Shown here: in pieces, positions 40,783-50,774 of the stretch
Numbering within the stretch: the first letter of the stretch is position 1
How the letters are laid out: every line of letters begins with the position of its first letter
Sequence record: DRR723986_6929
Length of the DNA: 64,000 bases
Reading direction: 5' to 3' (one strand)
Notes under the pieces: generated by a model
Seen by the model: only the letters and a program-made list of their open reading frames with translations
What the model was told of the DNA's origin: nothing
Databases searched by the model: none
Made by a program: the position numbers and the translations under genes

Positions 40783-41106
40783 ATGATGACTGCTATTGGA
40801 TATGTGAAACGTCAGGGAAACGGCTACAAAGGCCAGCTCAAAACCCTGTCAATTGAGGCCGACATTGAAGTTGTGCCAAACAGCGACAAAAGCCACGACA
40901 ACCAACCTGATTACCGCGTGTTTGCGGGCCGCGCCGAAATCGGTGCAGGCTGGATCAGGAAAGGTGAACGTTCCGGCAAGGAAGGGGTTTCGCTTTCGTT
41001 TGCCGCCCCTGAGTTTGGCCAGCGCAAGCTTTATGCAAACCTGGGTCAAGCTGCGGGTCAGGATGACCCTGATGTCTTCGCCGTAATCTGGAATCCGGCT
41101 GACTAA
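40783..41106 (+). CDS. DUF736 protein
   Basis: PDYRV..EIGAGW, APEFG..LYANL, IWN. Confidence 0.85.
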   Translation: MMTAIGYVKRQGNGYKGQLKTLSIEADIEVVPNSDKSHDNQPDYRVFAGRAEIGAGWIRKGERSGKEGVSLSFAAPEFGQRKLYANLGQAAGQDDPDVFAVIWNPAD

Positions 41107-41211
41107 ACCCAGCATCAAAACCCTCGCCTCGGCACTGCGGTGCCGGGGCATCAATCCCAACAAACAAGGCCCCCTATCGCCTCCCGGGGCATACTATTGT
41201 ATAGTGACCTG

Positions 41212-41610
41212 ATGGAACGCTTTTATCTGACATCCATCAAAACCTGCATCAAAAGCGGCGGTCTTTTGTTTATCGCCGGGGTTTTGATTGTAGTGGCGGT
41301 CCGGGCCGCCGAGTGGTCGGTAATTGGCGGCGTGGTTGCTATCGTCATCGGCGCGGTTGTTTACGGCCGTTCCCTTGCCCGCGCGGGCTTTGACGCCCTT
41401 TTGGTGCGGCTGAGCCAATATAGCCGCACCAGATCCCTGCTCATCCTGTTAGGCGCACTCTTGCTCAATGGTTTTGGCTATATCGCCCTATCGGTTATCG
41501 GCTATCTGGGCTTGGGGCTGGCGCTTGATCTGTCCCGCATCATCGCGCTGATTGCCGCTATCGTTTTTTTGCCAATGTCGGTGTTGATCATCACCACTTC
41601 CCGCGACTGA
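41212..41610 (+). CDS. Hypothetical four-TM protein
   Basis: Hydrophobic helices. Confidence 0.5.
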   Translation: MERFYLTSIKTCIKSGGLLFIAGVLIVVAVRAAEWSVIGGVVAIVIGAVVYGRSLARAGFDALLVRLSQYSRTRSLLILLGALLLNGFGYIALSVIGYLGLGLALDLSRIIALIAAIVFLPMSVLIITTSRD

Positions 41611-41612
41611 TA

Positions 41613-42251
41613 TTACGGATTGGCGAACCAATCTTCAGCGTTATCGATCACATGAAGACGGACCAGATAGCACAGGCGAGTGAGATCGCCGGTCTCCAAG
41701 GCATCGATGATGGCGGCATGTTCCCCGTATGATTTGAAAACCTGTTCCTCATCCTGAAAGTTGGCCACATCGTAGAAACCTTTAAGCTGGTAAAGCTGGC
41801 CCAGCTGCCGCGACAAGGGCCCCTCGTCGACGGACTCCACCATACTTTGGTGGAACTCCCGGTTAAGCCGTGCCACACGGTCGTATTCGCCGTCGAGACA
41901 GGCCTGCCACATCTGACGATTGAGGGTGTGCAGGCGCTTGAGGAAAGGCGCTGTAATCATCGGAACCAGCTTCTTGACCGCATACACTTCAAGCAGCGCC
42001 CGCAGTTCCACAGCCTGCATCAACGTGCCTGCGCTCGTCTCCGCAACCGTCCGGGTGCCGTCCTCCGCCAGATCGAGCCAGCCGCTTGCTTCCAGTTCTT
42101 CGAGGACCTTCATCGCTACCCAGCGACCACAGCCATAAAGGGCGTGAAGGCGGCGCTGGGATAGTTGTTCTCCGGGCTTGAAGATACCTTTGTTAATGTC
42201 GGCAATGATAGCCTCAACAAAGTGCTTTTTCTGGTCGGAACCGGCACCCAT
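41613..42251 (-). CDS. GntR-family regulator (FCD)
   Basis: wHTH FKPGEQLSQ; NREFH; EHAAIIDAL. Confidence 0.8.
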   Translation of the reverse strand: MGAGSDQKKHFVEAIIADINKGIFKPGEQLSQRRLHALYGCGRWVAMKVLEELEASGWLDLAEDGTRTVAETSAGTLMQAVELRALLEVYAVKKLVPMITAPFLKRLHTLNRQMWQACLDGEYDRVARLNREFHQSMVESVDEGPLSRQLGQLYQLKGFYDVANFQDEEQVFKSYGEHAAIIDALETGDLTRLCYLVRLHVIDNAEDWFANP

Positions 42252-42258
42252 ACTCACC

Positions 42259-42477
42259 CTAACGGGAGAGCAAAGAGATAGATTTTTCCGGCCCGTGCAG
42301 GGCCACCAAATCAGCGAGCGGGGCCGCATCTTCTAGCGTAAAACTATCCTCGATCTTGGCAATAAACGGCACACCAACAGAACTGGTATGCGCCTCTTTG
42401 CGGTAAACAATATCGGCGACTGGTTTGCAGTGTTTTTCCAGAAGGGTGGTGAGGCTTTGGGTGCGGTTGCGCGGCAT
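42259..42477 (-). CDS. Small hypothetical protein upstream of GntR
   Basis: GAAAGGA RBS; abuts gntR. Confidence 0.4.
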   Translation of the reverse strand: MPRNRTQSLTTLLEKHCKPVADIVYRKEAHTSSVGVPFIAKIEDSFTLEDAAPLADLVALHGPEKSISLLSR

Positions 42478-42529
42478 GATTATTCCTTTCTCTGTTTTGC
42501 GCAATACACGGTATAGAAGATTAGATGTA

Positions 42530-42780
42530 CAGTGTGTGAACGCCGCCCTTTTGTGAGCAGGTAGCGCAAGCGTCAAGCCGCCTGCGAAAAAAGTGAACAC
42601 ACCTGATGCACAAACTGCGTTCTTTTTTAGCTATATATTTCATGTAGTTATGGAACAAAAAAAAATCCATGTTCAGTAAACCGGGCATACTTGGAATACC
42701 GAAATAAAAAAGAATCCAGTATCTTCAATGCACTAAGAACGGCATACAGAATACCGAGAACAAAAAATTTGAACTCAGGC
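42530..42780 (-). other. Candidate oriT
   Basis: Non-coding region upstream of mob operon; minus-strand TTTGTGCATCAGGTGT/GTTC resembles F-type nic; GGCATAC..GAATACCGA direct repeats. Confidence 0.4.
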
Positions 42781-42844
42781 AATGGTTGTGTTTTAATGAT
42801 CTTGCTCGAAAAGAACGGCATGGACCTTCGAAAGAAGGATAAAC

Positions 42845-43165
42845 ATGTTAGTGCCGCTCTCTACCAAAGTGACCGCAGAGTGCCGCGACGAGTTCACCGC
42901 ACTCGCCGAAGCGCAGAACACAAATCCGTCAGCCCTTGTTCGCTCGCTTATCAACCGCTACATCGACGGAGTTGATAATGCTGACACCACTCTCCTGCCC
43001 CTGATTCAAGCCAGTTTTGAAGATGTAACCCGCGCCCTCGTCCTGATCCGTTTCCTCGCTGAAGGCGTCGATAAGGACACAACCGACCTTCTCCTCGAGC
43101 GTACCGACGCCTATCTGGCCTCCCGCATCCCGTCAGCCGGCAGGCAAATTGACGGGAGCGTGTGA
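42845..43165 (+). CDS. Relaxosome accessory RHH protein (TrwA-like)
   Basis: LSTKVT beta strand plus two helices; first gene before T4CP. Confidence 0.55.
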   Translation: MLVPLSTKVTAECRDEFTALAEAQNTNPSALVRSLINRYIDGVDNADTTLLPLIQASFEDVTRALVLIRFLAEGVDKDTTDLLLERTDAYLASRIPSAGRQIDGSV

Positions 43166-45270
43166 TGGCGAACTTCTTCAACACGCCCCTGTCCACCTTC
43201 ATCCGCGGCGCGCAAACCACAATCCACGAATGGCAAATGATGCTGCAAAGCCTGAAGCAAACCGTACTCGCCGGGCTGATCATTGTCGCAATGCTCGCCG
43301 GCTGGCAAGTCTACACCAAAACGTCCGTGCATGACCGCTATGTGCTAGAGCGCTGGGTCACCGCAGGCGCTAAAGCCGCTTTTTTTGGCCCCGAAAGCGC
43401 TATCGACTTTGTCGACAAAAACGGCAAGACCTACAAGCTTTATACTGGCAAATATCTGCGCTCAACCATGGCAAAGAAGGTCTGGTTGAAGGCGGGCCGG
43501 GCGAGCCTGGTTGGGGTCAAAGTGGGCTCAGCTTTAAGTTCGCTCATTCTTCTGTTTGTGCTCCTGTTCTTTTACCTGAATGGCCGCCGCCAGGGCCGCG
43601 ACTTTCATGTGCGCGGCGCACAGCTCGGGACTACCGGTGATCTTGCGGGAGCACTCAAGAAAGTCGGCAAGCCCGGCACAATTTCGCTGGGAGGTATCCG
43701 GCTTCCTGCCGAGATGGAGCCCACCAATATCGCCATGATCGGGGCACCGCGCACCGGCAAGTCTGTTCAGATCAGCGCCATCCTCGAGGAAGTCCGGGCC
43801 GTCGGTCAGCGCGCGATTGTCTATGATTACGGCGGTCTCTTCACGCGGCATTTTTACCGCGAGGGGATCGACACCATCCTCAACCCGATGGATGAACGAT
43901 CTGCCGAATGGCGGCCCTGGTATGATGCATACGAGCCCGCCCATTTTGAACAGCAGGCGGTAAGCTTGATCCCGGACGATAAGTCCATGGAAGACTTTTG
44001 GCCGAAGGCAGCCCGCACCGTTTATGTAGCCCTCACTCGCAAGATTGCAGCAACGGTCGACAATCCCGATCTGAGCGATCTTCTCTTCTGGGGCCTGCAA
44101 CAAAACGCCAACGAGGTTGCAAAGTTTCTGGCGGGCACCGAGGCCACCAGTGCTTTCGGTCAGGATAAAACCGCAGCCTCTATCATGTCGCATCTGGCAA
44201 CCTACCTGAAAGCCTTCAACTATCTGCGAACCAGCGGTACGCCCTTCTCGATCCGCCAGTGGGTTGCCGGTGAAAGTGATGATAGCTGGCTGTTTATTGC
44301 CACCAACGAAGCGCACATTGACACAGTGCGTCCCCTGATTAGCTTATGGGTCGACATTGCGGTTTCGGCGATCCTGTCCTTGCCGGAAAATCTCAATCGA
44401 CGCATATGGTATGCCGTTGATGAACTGACCTCAATGCAGGCGGTTCCCTCGCTCGCCAAAGCTCTCACCCATGCGCCCAAATACGGTGGCTGCGGTCTGA
44501 TCGGCTATCAGTCGAAACCTATCCTTGAGAAGATTTATGATGACCGAACGGCCGCGGCACTTTCAGGTGGCTGCGCCATCCACTGTATTTTCCGGGCCAA
44601 CGATGTGGAAACAGCAGAATGGGCCGAACGGGCTCTGGGTAAAACCGAAGTGGCGGAAACCAATGAAGGCATCTCTTACGGTGTGACCCAGCTCCGCGAC
44701 GGGCGGACGGCCAACATCAACCGCACCCTCAGACCGCTGGTATTGGCGAGCGAAATACGCGCATTGGAGAAGTTCCAATATTTCCTGTCCATGGGTTCAG
44801 GCTTGCCGACAGTCCCGGTCCAGCTCAGCTACAAACCCCGCCCCGAAATCGCGGCTGCTTACATCCCTCACGTGTCGCAGCAACTGGTCATCGAACAGTC
44901 TGCAGAGCGGTTCCCGCCTGACACTATTGTGCCGCTCACCATTGAGCCCAATGACCCTCAAAGAAATCACCCAACCGCGCCGCGACAACCAGCAGGTCCG
45001 GCAGCAACCAGCGGCGAGTTGGCGCTTGAAGGTGGGTCCGGTAAAAAACCGCCAAAACAACATCTGCGCCGACGCCGTAGTCCCCAAAAAAGCCGCTCAA
45101 AGAGCAATACAGCCGCCAACCGACTGAACCGGTCGTCTGCCAACGGAAACAACAAAATCGAATTTGAACAGATTTTTGACCCAGCGGCGAAACCAGCCAA
45201 CGCCCCTCCCTCCAGCGCCCAACCTGCAAAAAAAGGTGAAGGCGGGCACCCAAAGCGCGAAGGGTCCTAA
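43162..45270 (+). CDS. traD: Type IV coupling protein (TraD/TrwB)
   Basis: Two TMs, GAPRTGKS, WYAVDEL, KYGGC. Confidence 0.9.
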   Translation: MMANFFNTPLSTFIRGAQTTIHEWQMMLQSLKQTVLAGLIIVAMLAGWQVYTKTSVHDRYVLERWVTAGAKAAFFGPESAIDFVDKNGKTYKLYTGKYLRSTMAKKVWLKAGRASLVGVKVGSALSSLILLFVLLFFYLNGRRQGRDFHVRGAQLGTTGDLAGALKKVGKPGTISLGGIRLPAEMEPTNIAMIGAPRTGKSVQISAILEEVRAVGQRAIVYDYGGLFTRHFYREGIDTILNPMDERSAEWRPWYDAYEPAHFEQQAVSLIPDDKSMEDFWPKAARTVYVALTRKIAATVDNPDLSDLLFWGLQQNANEVAKFLAGTEATSAFGQDKTAASIMSHLATYLKAFNYLRTSGTPFSIRQWVAGESDDSWLFIATNEAHIDTVRPLISLWVDIAVSAILSLPENLNRRIWYAVDELTSMQAVPSLAKALTHAPKYGGCGLIGYQSKPILEKIYDDRTAAALSGGCAIHCIFRANDVETAEWAERALGKTEVAETNEGISYGVTQLRDGRTANINRTLRPLVLASEIRALEKFQYFLSMGSGLPTVPVQLSYKPRPEIAAAYIPHVSQQLVIEQSAERFPPDTIVPLTIEPNDPQRNHPTAPRQPAGPAATSGELALEGGSGKKPPKQHLRRRRSPQKSRSKSNTAANRLNRSSANGNNKIEFEQIFDPAAKPANAPPSSAQPAKKGEGGHPKREGS

Positions 45271-45273
45271 GCG

Positions 45274-48168
45274 ATGCTATCCATGAGCCCCATCAAAGCC
45301 TCGCCGACCATTGCTACCCGCTATTATGTCAAAGGCGATTATTACACCAAAGGCGGAGACGAGCCCAGCGCCTGGGCGGGCTCGGGCGCTGCCGCACTCA
45401 GCCTTGAAGGCAAAATCGACGCCGATGATTTTAAGGCAATACTCGAAGGCAACTTGCCGAGCGGGCACCGGGCGGGATGGCGCGAGGCAAAGGCCGATCA
45501 TCATCCCGGTTGGGACCTAACCTTCAATGCCCCCAAAACTGTCAGCGTTCTGGCAGCACTCGGCGCTGACACCCGGCTTGTGAATGCGCATATGGAAGCT
45601 GTCGGGGACGCCCTCGGTTTTATGGAAAGCTATGCGCATGTGCGCGTACGAGCCGAAGACGGGACACTTCAACACCGCGCCACCGGTAACCTTGTGGCGG
45701 CACAGTTCACCGAGTTTTTCTCCCGCTCTCTCGATCCGCATCTGCACACCCACTGCCCGGTTGCCAACATGACGTATGACAAGGAACGCAGCGCCTGGTA
45801 TGCGCTCGACAGCTACCCGCTGTTTCGCATGAAGATGGCGGCCGGCCAGATTTACCGGAGTGCGCTTGCAGCAAGCGTCAAGGGACTGGGCTATGAAATC
45901 AATTCCGCCGCCGACACAGGCCTCTTTGATATCAAGGGCCTGCCCGACGAGCTCTTGAGTATCTTCTCGCAGCGCCGGGAGCAAATCGAAGACTATGCCA
46001 AGGAAAATGGCTGGGCGTCCGCTGCCGACTATGCCCTCGCGACACTTCTTACCCGACCAAACAAACAGATCACCAACCACCAGCAGGTCGTCGAGGATTT
46101 GGGCGAACGCGCCGGCCCGCATATGCAAAGCGTTTTTCGGCTGATTGAGCGCGCGCGCGAGCAAGCATCACCGCACAAACCGGATCCAAAACAAGCCATT
46201 GAGGCCATGCGGCACGGTCTGTATCATCTCTCGACCCGAGAAGCCGTCTTTGAACACGGCCACCTCCTCCTGGAAGCGCTCAAGGTCAGCGTCGGCGAGG
46301 TGACCGGGGATGATATTGAGAAGACACTGGTGGCCACAGAGGGCGCGGAAACCTACCATAGGACCGCGCTGCAGACTGGCGGCAGACGATTGTATCACGG
46401 ACGGACAATCGACCGATCGGTGGGCTGGGAACTGCGCCTGGCGGAGCAACTGCTCGAACACAGAGCCCGGGTTCGCCCCCTTGCGAGCCCGGATAAAATA
46501 ACAAATATTCTAAAATCCCGTTCGCTCACCGACGAGCAGGCAAAAGCGGCCAGCCATGTGCTGAGAACCCGCGACCGTATTGTCTCGGTGGTCGGTGTTG
46601 CAGGTGCTGGCAAATCCCATCTGGTCAAAAGTATCGTCGCCGCAACGCCGAGCCGGGACCATTTGGCGCTTGCGCCCACATCAACCGCCGCCATTGATCT
46701 AGGACGCAGTGCTGACATTAGAGCGCAAACACTGACGGGTTTTCTGCAAACCGGCGGCCATCATGTCTCCAGAAACTCGCTCCTGTTTGTCGACGAATCG
46801 TCCATGACCAGCACACGCCAGGCAAGCCGCCTGATGGATATTGCCCGAGAGAGGAAAATCCGCGTGATTATGATCGGCGACACCCGGCAGGCGGAAGCGA
46901 TTAATCAGGGTAAACCCTTCGCCCTGATGGTCAGGCAAGGCCTGCGCGGTCCCTTCATCATGAAAAGCTTCCGGCAAAAAAACACCAATATGCGCGAGCT
47001 CGTAGGCGCCGTTCGCAGCGGCAACATGCGGGCTGCCTTTACCATTCTTGGCAGGCGGCTTGTTTCATACGGTGCCGACGAGCTGGTGGCCAGGGTCGCC
47101 GACCACTGGATAGGTCACCCAAACCGAGACACGATACAGATAGCCGCTCTCGATAACGCCAGCAGGATTGCGCTCAACGCTGAGATACGCAGCCACCTGC
47201 AAGCTGAGGGCGTGATAGGAAAGGCGGAAAACGACTTTCATATTCTATCGTCAAAAGCACTGACACCGCACCAGCTGCGCTATCCAGACTATTATAAAAA
47301 AGGCGACGCGCTGGTTTTCCATAGTGGCAACAAAGCGCTCGGCATTGAGCGGGACAGCCGGTGGTATGTGGAAAAAACCAGCAAGCAGTCGGTCTTCCTG
47401 CTCGCCGCCGGATCGAAGATGCAACTGGCATTTAACCCTGCGAGAATCCGCAAAGACGGCATGACCCTCTATGATGTGCAGGAGCGCAGGCTTGCTATCG
47501 GTGACAAAATTCAATGGCGGCAGAATCTCAAAGGCGAAGAGGCTGTTAAAAATGGCCACACTGGCACCGTTGAAGGCCTTAAAGGCAAGCGTGCAACCAT
47601 CGCCTTCGACCACGGCGTAAAGCGTAACCTGGATCTGGCAAAGCACCCTTACTGGGATCATGGCTACGCCCTGACCGTTTACAAGCAGCAAGGCAAAACC
47701 ACACCGGTTAACTGGGTCATTGCCAATACCAGAAAAGCGGGTGAAATTACCCAGACATCCCTCTATGTAGCGCTCACCCGCGCCCAGCGGTCTGTGAAGA
47801 TTTTCACTGAAGACCGGGAGAAATTTCAGCGGGCGGTACAAATGAACCCGGGCGGCAAAACATCCGCTTTGGAGGGGCGCGGCGTCACCCCGAACTTGCA
47901 GGATGCTGAAAAACACCGCACGCCGTCAACCATCGAGTTGCTCGCCGACCGTCTGCCTGAAAACCTGCGCGCTAAAGTGCTCAATATCCTCGATTGGCGC
48001 GACGACCGGCGACGCGACCGAGAGGCTTACGAGCGTGATCCGCGGATCGAAGCAGCGGTCCATCTACACGCTGCACAAAGCAAAACCCAAGAACACGCGG
48101 GCCAAACACGCGCGGCTGATGCTGCCAAGGAAGCTGTCAAAGATATGGCAAGAGAGGCGTCACGGTGA
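45274..48168 (+). CDS. trwC: MOBF relaxase-helicase (TrwC/TraI)
   Basis: YY..DYY, DLTFNAPK, PHLHTH, GVAGAGKS, YVALTRA. Confidence 0.92.
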   Translation: MLSMSPIKASPTIATRYYVKGDYYTKGGDEPSAWAGSGAAALSLEGKIDADDFKAILEGNLPSGHRAGWREAKADHHPGWDLTFNAPKTVSVLAALGADTRLVNAHMEAVGDALGFMESYAHVRVRAEDGTLQHRATGNLVAAQFTEFFSRSLDPHLHTHCPVANMTYDKERSAWYALDSYPLFRMKMAAGQIYRSALAASVKGLGYEINSAADTGLFDIKGLPDELLSIFSQRREQIEDYAKENGWASAADYALATLLTRPNKQITNHQQVVEDLGERAGPHMQSVFRLIERAREQASPHKPDPKQAIEAMRHGLYHLSTREAVFEHGHLLLEALKVSVGEVTGDDIEKTLVATEGAETYHRTALQTGGRRLYHGRTIDRSVGWELRLAEQLLEHRARVRPLASPDKITNILKSRSLTDEQAKAASHVLRTRDRIVSVVGVAGAGKSHLVKSIVAATPSRDHLALAPTSTAAIDLGRSADIRAQTLTGFLQTGGHHVSRNSLLFVDESSMTSTRQASRLMDIARERKIRVIMIGDTRQAEAINQGKPFALMVRQGLRGPFIMKSFRQKNTNMRELVGAVRSGNMRAAFTILGRRLVSYGADELVARVADHWIGHPNRDTIQIAALDNASRIALNAEIRSHLQAEGVIGKAENDFHILSSKALTPHQLRYPDYYKKGDALVFHSGNKALGIERDSRWYVEKTSKQSVFLLAAGSKMQLAFNPARIRKDGMTLYDVQERRLAIGDKIQWRQNLKGEEAVKNGHTGTVEGLKGKRATIAFDHGVKRNLDLAKHPYWDHGYALTVYKQQGKTTPVNWVIANTRKAGEITQTSLYVALTRAQRSVKIFTEDREKFQRAVQMNPGGKTSALEGRGVTPNLQDAEKHRTPSTIELLADRLPENLRAKVLNILDWRDDRRRDREAYERDPRIEAAVHLHAAQSKTQEHAGQTRAADAAKEAVKDMAREASR

Positions 48169-48593
48169 GCGGCAAGGGGCAAAAATGTATCTCTGTCACT
48201 GAAGTGGCCGGGCTCGGCATCTGTGAGCAGCAAGTCCTCCTCGACCAGCGGTTCGGCAAGGCACGAAGTGCATGCCTTCGGGAAAAGGCAAAGAGAGGTA
48301 TCAAAGCCCATACTCAATTTGACCGGCAAGTACGGGGGATAAGCGACCCCCGCTGTTTCATTGCCAGCGCGCTGTATGGGCCCAATGCCGCCGAGACCCG
48401 GTGCTTGCGCGAGTTTAGAGACCAGTATCTCCTCGCCTACCCTGCTGGGCGCTGCTTCTGCAATCTCTATTACCGGGTGAGCCCAACCCTGATCCCGGCG
48501 CTCAGGCGCTGTCCGCATCTGGCGGGCCTGCTGCGGGCAAGCCTGAATATTGCCGTCAGCTGGATCGAGCGCAGACCCAAGGGAGGCCGCTGA
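48165..48593 (+). CDS. CFI-box-CTERM protein with Cas4-like N-terminal segment
   Basis: RCFIASALYG..LREFRDQYL; ISVTEVAGLGICEQQ. Confidence 0.75.
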   Translation: MSGKGQKCISVTEVAGLGICEQQVLLDQRFGKARSACLREKAKRGIKAHTQFDRQVRGISDPRCFIASALYGPNAAETRCLREFRDQYLLAYPAGRCFCNLYYRVSPTLIPALRRCPHLAGLLRASLNIAVSWIERRPKGGR

Positions 48594-49159
48594 TGATGGG
48601 TAACCTTTCAAGCGTCAGCGGCTATCTGCTGACTGCTCTAGTTATAGCCGTGCTTATTGTTGCCGCCCATCAAATCCGCTTGGGACGGCTACAAACCATA
48701 GTGGACGAACTGCCGCGCCAGCTTGAACGAGCGATCCTCCTCTATAGCGAACGGCTGTTGGTGATTGAGCGTCCTTTTGAACTCTTTGGCCGGGTGGATC
48801 AGGTATGGGCACGCGAGGGCGGTCAACTCATTATCGCAGATACCAAAACCCGCGAGGTTGTTCGCTATTATTACTCAGACCGGCTCCAACTCACCGGCTA
48901 TGCGTTTTTGCTAAAATATCACCCTGACACCAGAGCAGGCCGTATCGCCTCCTACGGCTTCCTGCGCATCCCGAAAGGCCAGAAAGCCATCTATATCAAA
49001 GTGCCGCTCTTGAGCGAACGGGCATACCGTGCCCACCTGCAGCATCACCGTGCGCTCACCCTCGGCAGGGCACGCCCGCGTCCTGCCACGTCGCCGCTCA
49101 TTTGTCGGAGCTGCGGCCATGTGAAGCGTTGCCCCGTTTCTCTCATCAACCCCCAATAG
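48593..49159 (+). CDS. Membrane-anchored PD-(D/E)XK Cas4-like nuclease
   Basis: GRVD, ADTK, QLTGY, CRSC-x5-C. Confidence 0.8.
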   Translation: MMGNLSSVSGYLLTALVIAVLIVAAHQIRLGRLQTIVDELPRQLERAILLYSERLLVIERPFELFGRVDQVWAREGGQLIIADTKTREVVRYYYSDRLQLTGYAFLLKYHPDTRAGRIASYGFLRIPKGQKAIYIKVPLLSERAYRAHLQHHRALTLGRARPRPATSPLICRSCGHVKRCPVSLINPQ

Positions 49160-49169
49160 GAGATCGTCC

Positions 49170-50072
49170 ATGTCCCCCTTATCCAAATCCTTCCTCGCCG
49201 CTACCCTTTACCTAAGCAACGTTACAAATCTGGCGCTTGCGTCCGAAGGAGGCGCACAAGTAACATTTTTTGACGTTGGCAATGATATTTGCGCACTGGC
49301 TGAGACGCCGAGCGTCAGCGTTATCTATACCGATACGCTTGACCCCAAAGGGCTATGCTTCAAAAGCCTGACCGCGCATGGCGGCCAAGTGAGCAACCCT
49401 ATTTTGGTGAACCTGTCCGGGCAGACGGGCGATAGCAAAGCCTGGGATAAAGCCTTTAACCTTAGCCGTGTGGTCGATGTGAAAAGTGTCACTGAAGCTA
49501 TGGTTGATGAAGAGCTGACGCTCTTCGGGAACACCCGGCTTCTCACCGTGCCGCTCGCTAAATTGCACCAGAGGGGTACCGGTTTTATCAGCAAACTCAC
49601 TTTCGCTCATTTGAGCCTTTTGTTTGCCAGCAACAATGCCGGTGACGGCGCCTCTGACATCAATGCTGGCTGCGCGCAGTCCAGGCATGCCTACGACGCG
49701 GATACGGCTCACGATCTGGATTCAGACCTGATGCTTGTGCCAAACTCAGGCCGCGCACCCTTGCTTTCCCGCTGTTTTCTTGAGACCGTTTCGCCGCATT
49801 TTGCCGTATTCAGTGCCGGCAGTGGTCACAGCCTGCCTACAGCCAGCGTTGCCAACCATTATCTTCAGCTTGGCCTGCAGCGCTATAATATGCTGCGCAC
49901 CGACCGGGGCGACGATGAAAGTGGCGAAGAGTGGAAAGACGATCATACTGTTAGCGGTTGCATTGATAAGCCGGGCGACGACACCATCATTGCAACCCTC
50001 AGCCCGTCTGGATCACTTGCAGTGGCATATGCAACGCCGGAGCGGGCGTGCGGGGGCCCGTCAGATGGATAG
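49170..50072 (+). CDS. Exported ComEC-like MBL-fold protein with degenerate metal site
   Basis: VTFFDVG, AVFSAG..H.LP, LRTD; lacks HxDxDH and HHG. Confidence 0.55.
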   Translation: MSPLSKSFLAATLYLSNVTNLALASEGGAQVTFFDVGNDICALAETPSVSVIYTDTLDPKGLCFKSLTAHGGQVSNPILVNLSGQTGDSKAWDKAFNLSRVVDVKSVTEAMVDEELTLFGNTRLLTVPLAKLHQRGTGFISKLTFAHLSLLFASNNAGDGASDINAGCAQSRHAYDADTAHDLDSDLMLVPNSGRAPLLSRCFLETVSPHFAVFSAGSGHSLPTASVANHYLQLGLQRYNMLRTDRGDDESGEEWKDDHTVSGCIDKPGDDTIIATLSPSGSLAVAYATPERACGGPSDG

Positions 50073-50766
50073 AGCCGAGCGTGCTGCTTATATCCTGTGC
50101 AAACTCGGCGACGCCTATCTCTGGCAACCACGGATAAAATGGGCACAGCAAATCACGCCCGGCACAAACCTATATTTCCGTGTGGGGCGTGGGAGACGGA
50201 CGTGCCACAGCGTGCGCGGCGTTGCCCATAGCATCACGATTGGCACTGAGTGCTTGGCTGAGGCTATGCATAGCCTGCGCAGGGCGAGCAGTTGGCTCAG
50301 CTATGATGAAATCAAGCAAAGAGGGTATTTTAACCATCGTATCCGCCCCGCAGAATTGATGGTACACACCCTTTGTCATGAGTATGGGCACTTTGTTCAG
50401 TCCGTCTTGGGGCGCCGCGCGCCCGGCCAGCAACATGACGATGTGTTTTATGCCATTCTTGACCGCATTCACAGCGGCGGCCATGCAGGCGCGCTTTTGA
50501 ACCAATTCCAAAAACAATGTCAAACTGCAGGCCTATCCCTCGCCTTTGAAGACACAACACGCAACCTCATTCAGGGGAGGATCGGCGAGCGCATTCTTGC
50601 GCGAACTGCCAATCACATTCTCACCGGGCGAGTGATCAAACGAAACAGGAAATCAGTGACGGTTAGCATCACCCACCGGGGAGGTCAGCACAAAATCAGG
50701 GTCAGCCGCTGCCTAATCGAGCCAGACAGTGGCAGCACGCCCTTAGAGCAATCTGAGTGGCATTGA
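50065..50766 (+). CDS. Zincin (SprT-like) metalloprotein
   Basis: HTLCHEYGH..QHDDVF. Confidence 0.6.
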   Translation: MDRAERAAYILCKLGDAYLWQPRIKWAQQITPGTNLYFRVGRGRRTCHSVRGVAHSITIGTECLAEAMHSLRRASSWLSYDEIKQRGYFNHRIRPAELMVHTLCHEYGHFVQSVLGRRAPGQQHDDVFYAILDRIHSGGHAGALLNQFQKQCQTAGLSLAFEDTTRNLIQGRIGERILARTANHILTGRVIKRNRKSVTVSITHRGGQHKIRVSRCLIEPDSGSTPLEQSEWH

Positions 50767-50774
50767 AATTATAT

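Noticed and set aside
48593-49159. CRISPR-Cas locus
   Set aside because: No cas1/cas2 and no repeat-spacer array seen in the window
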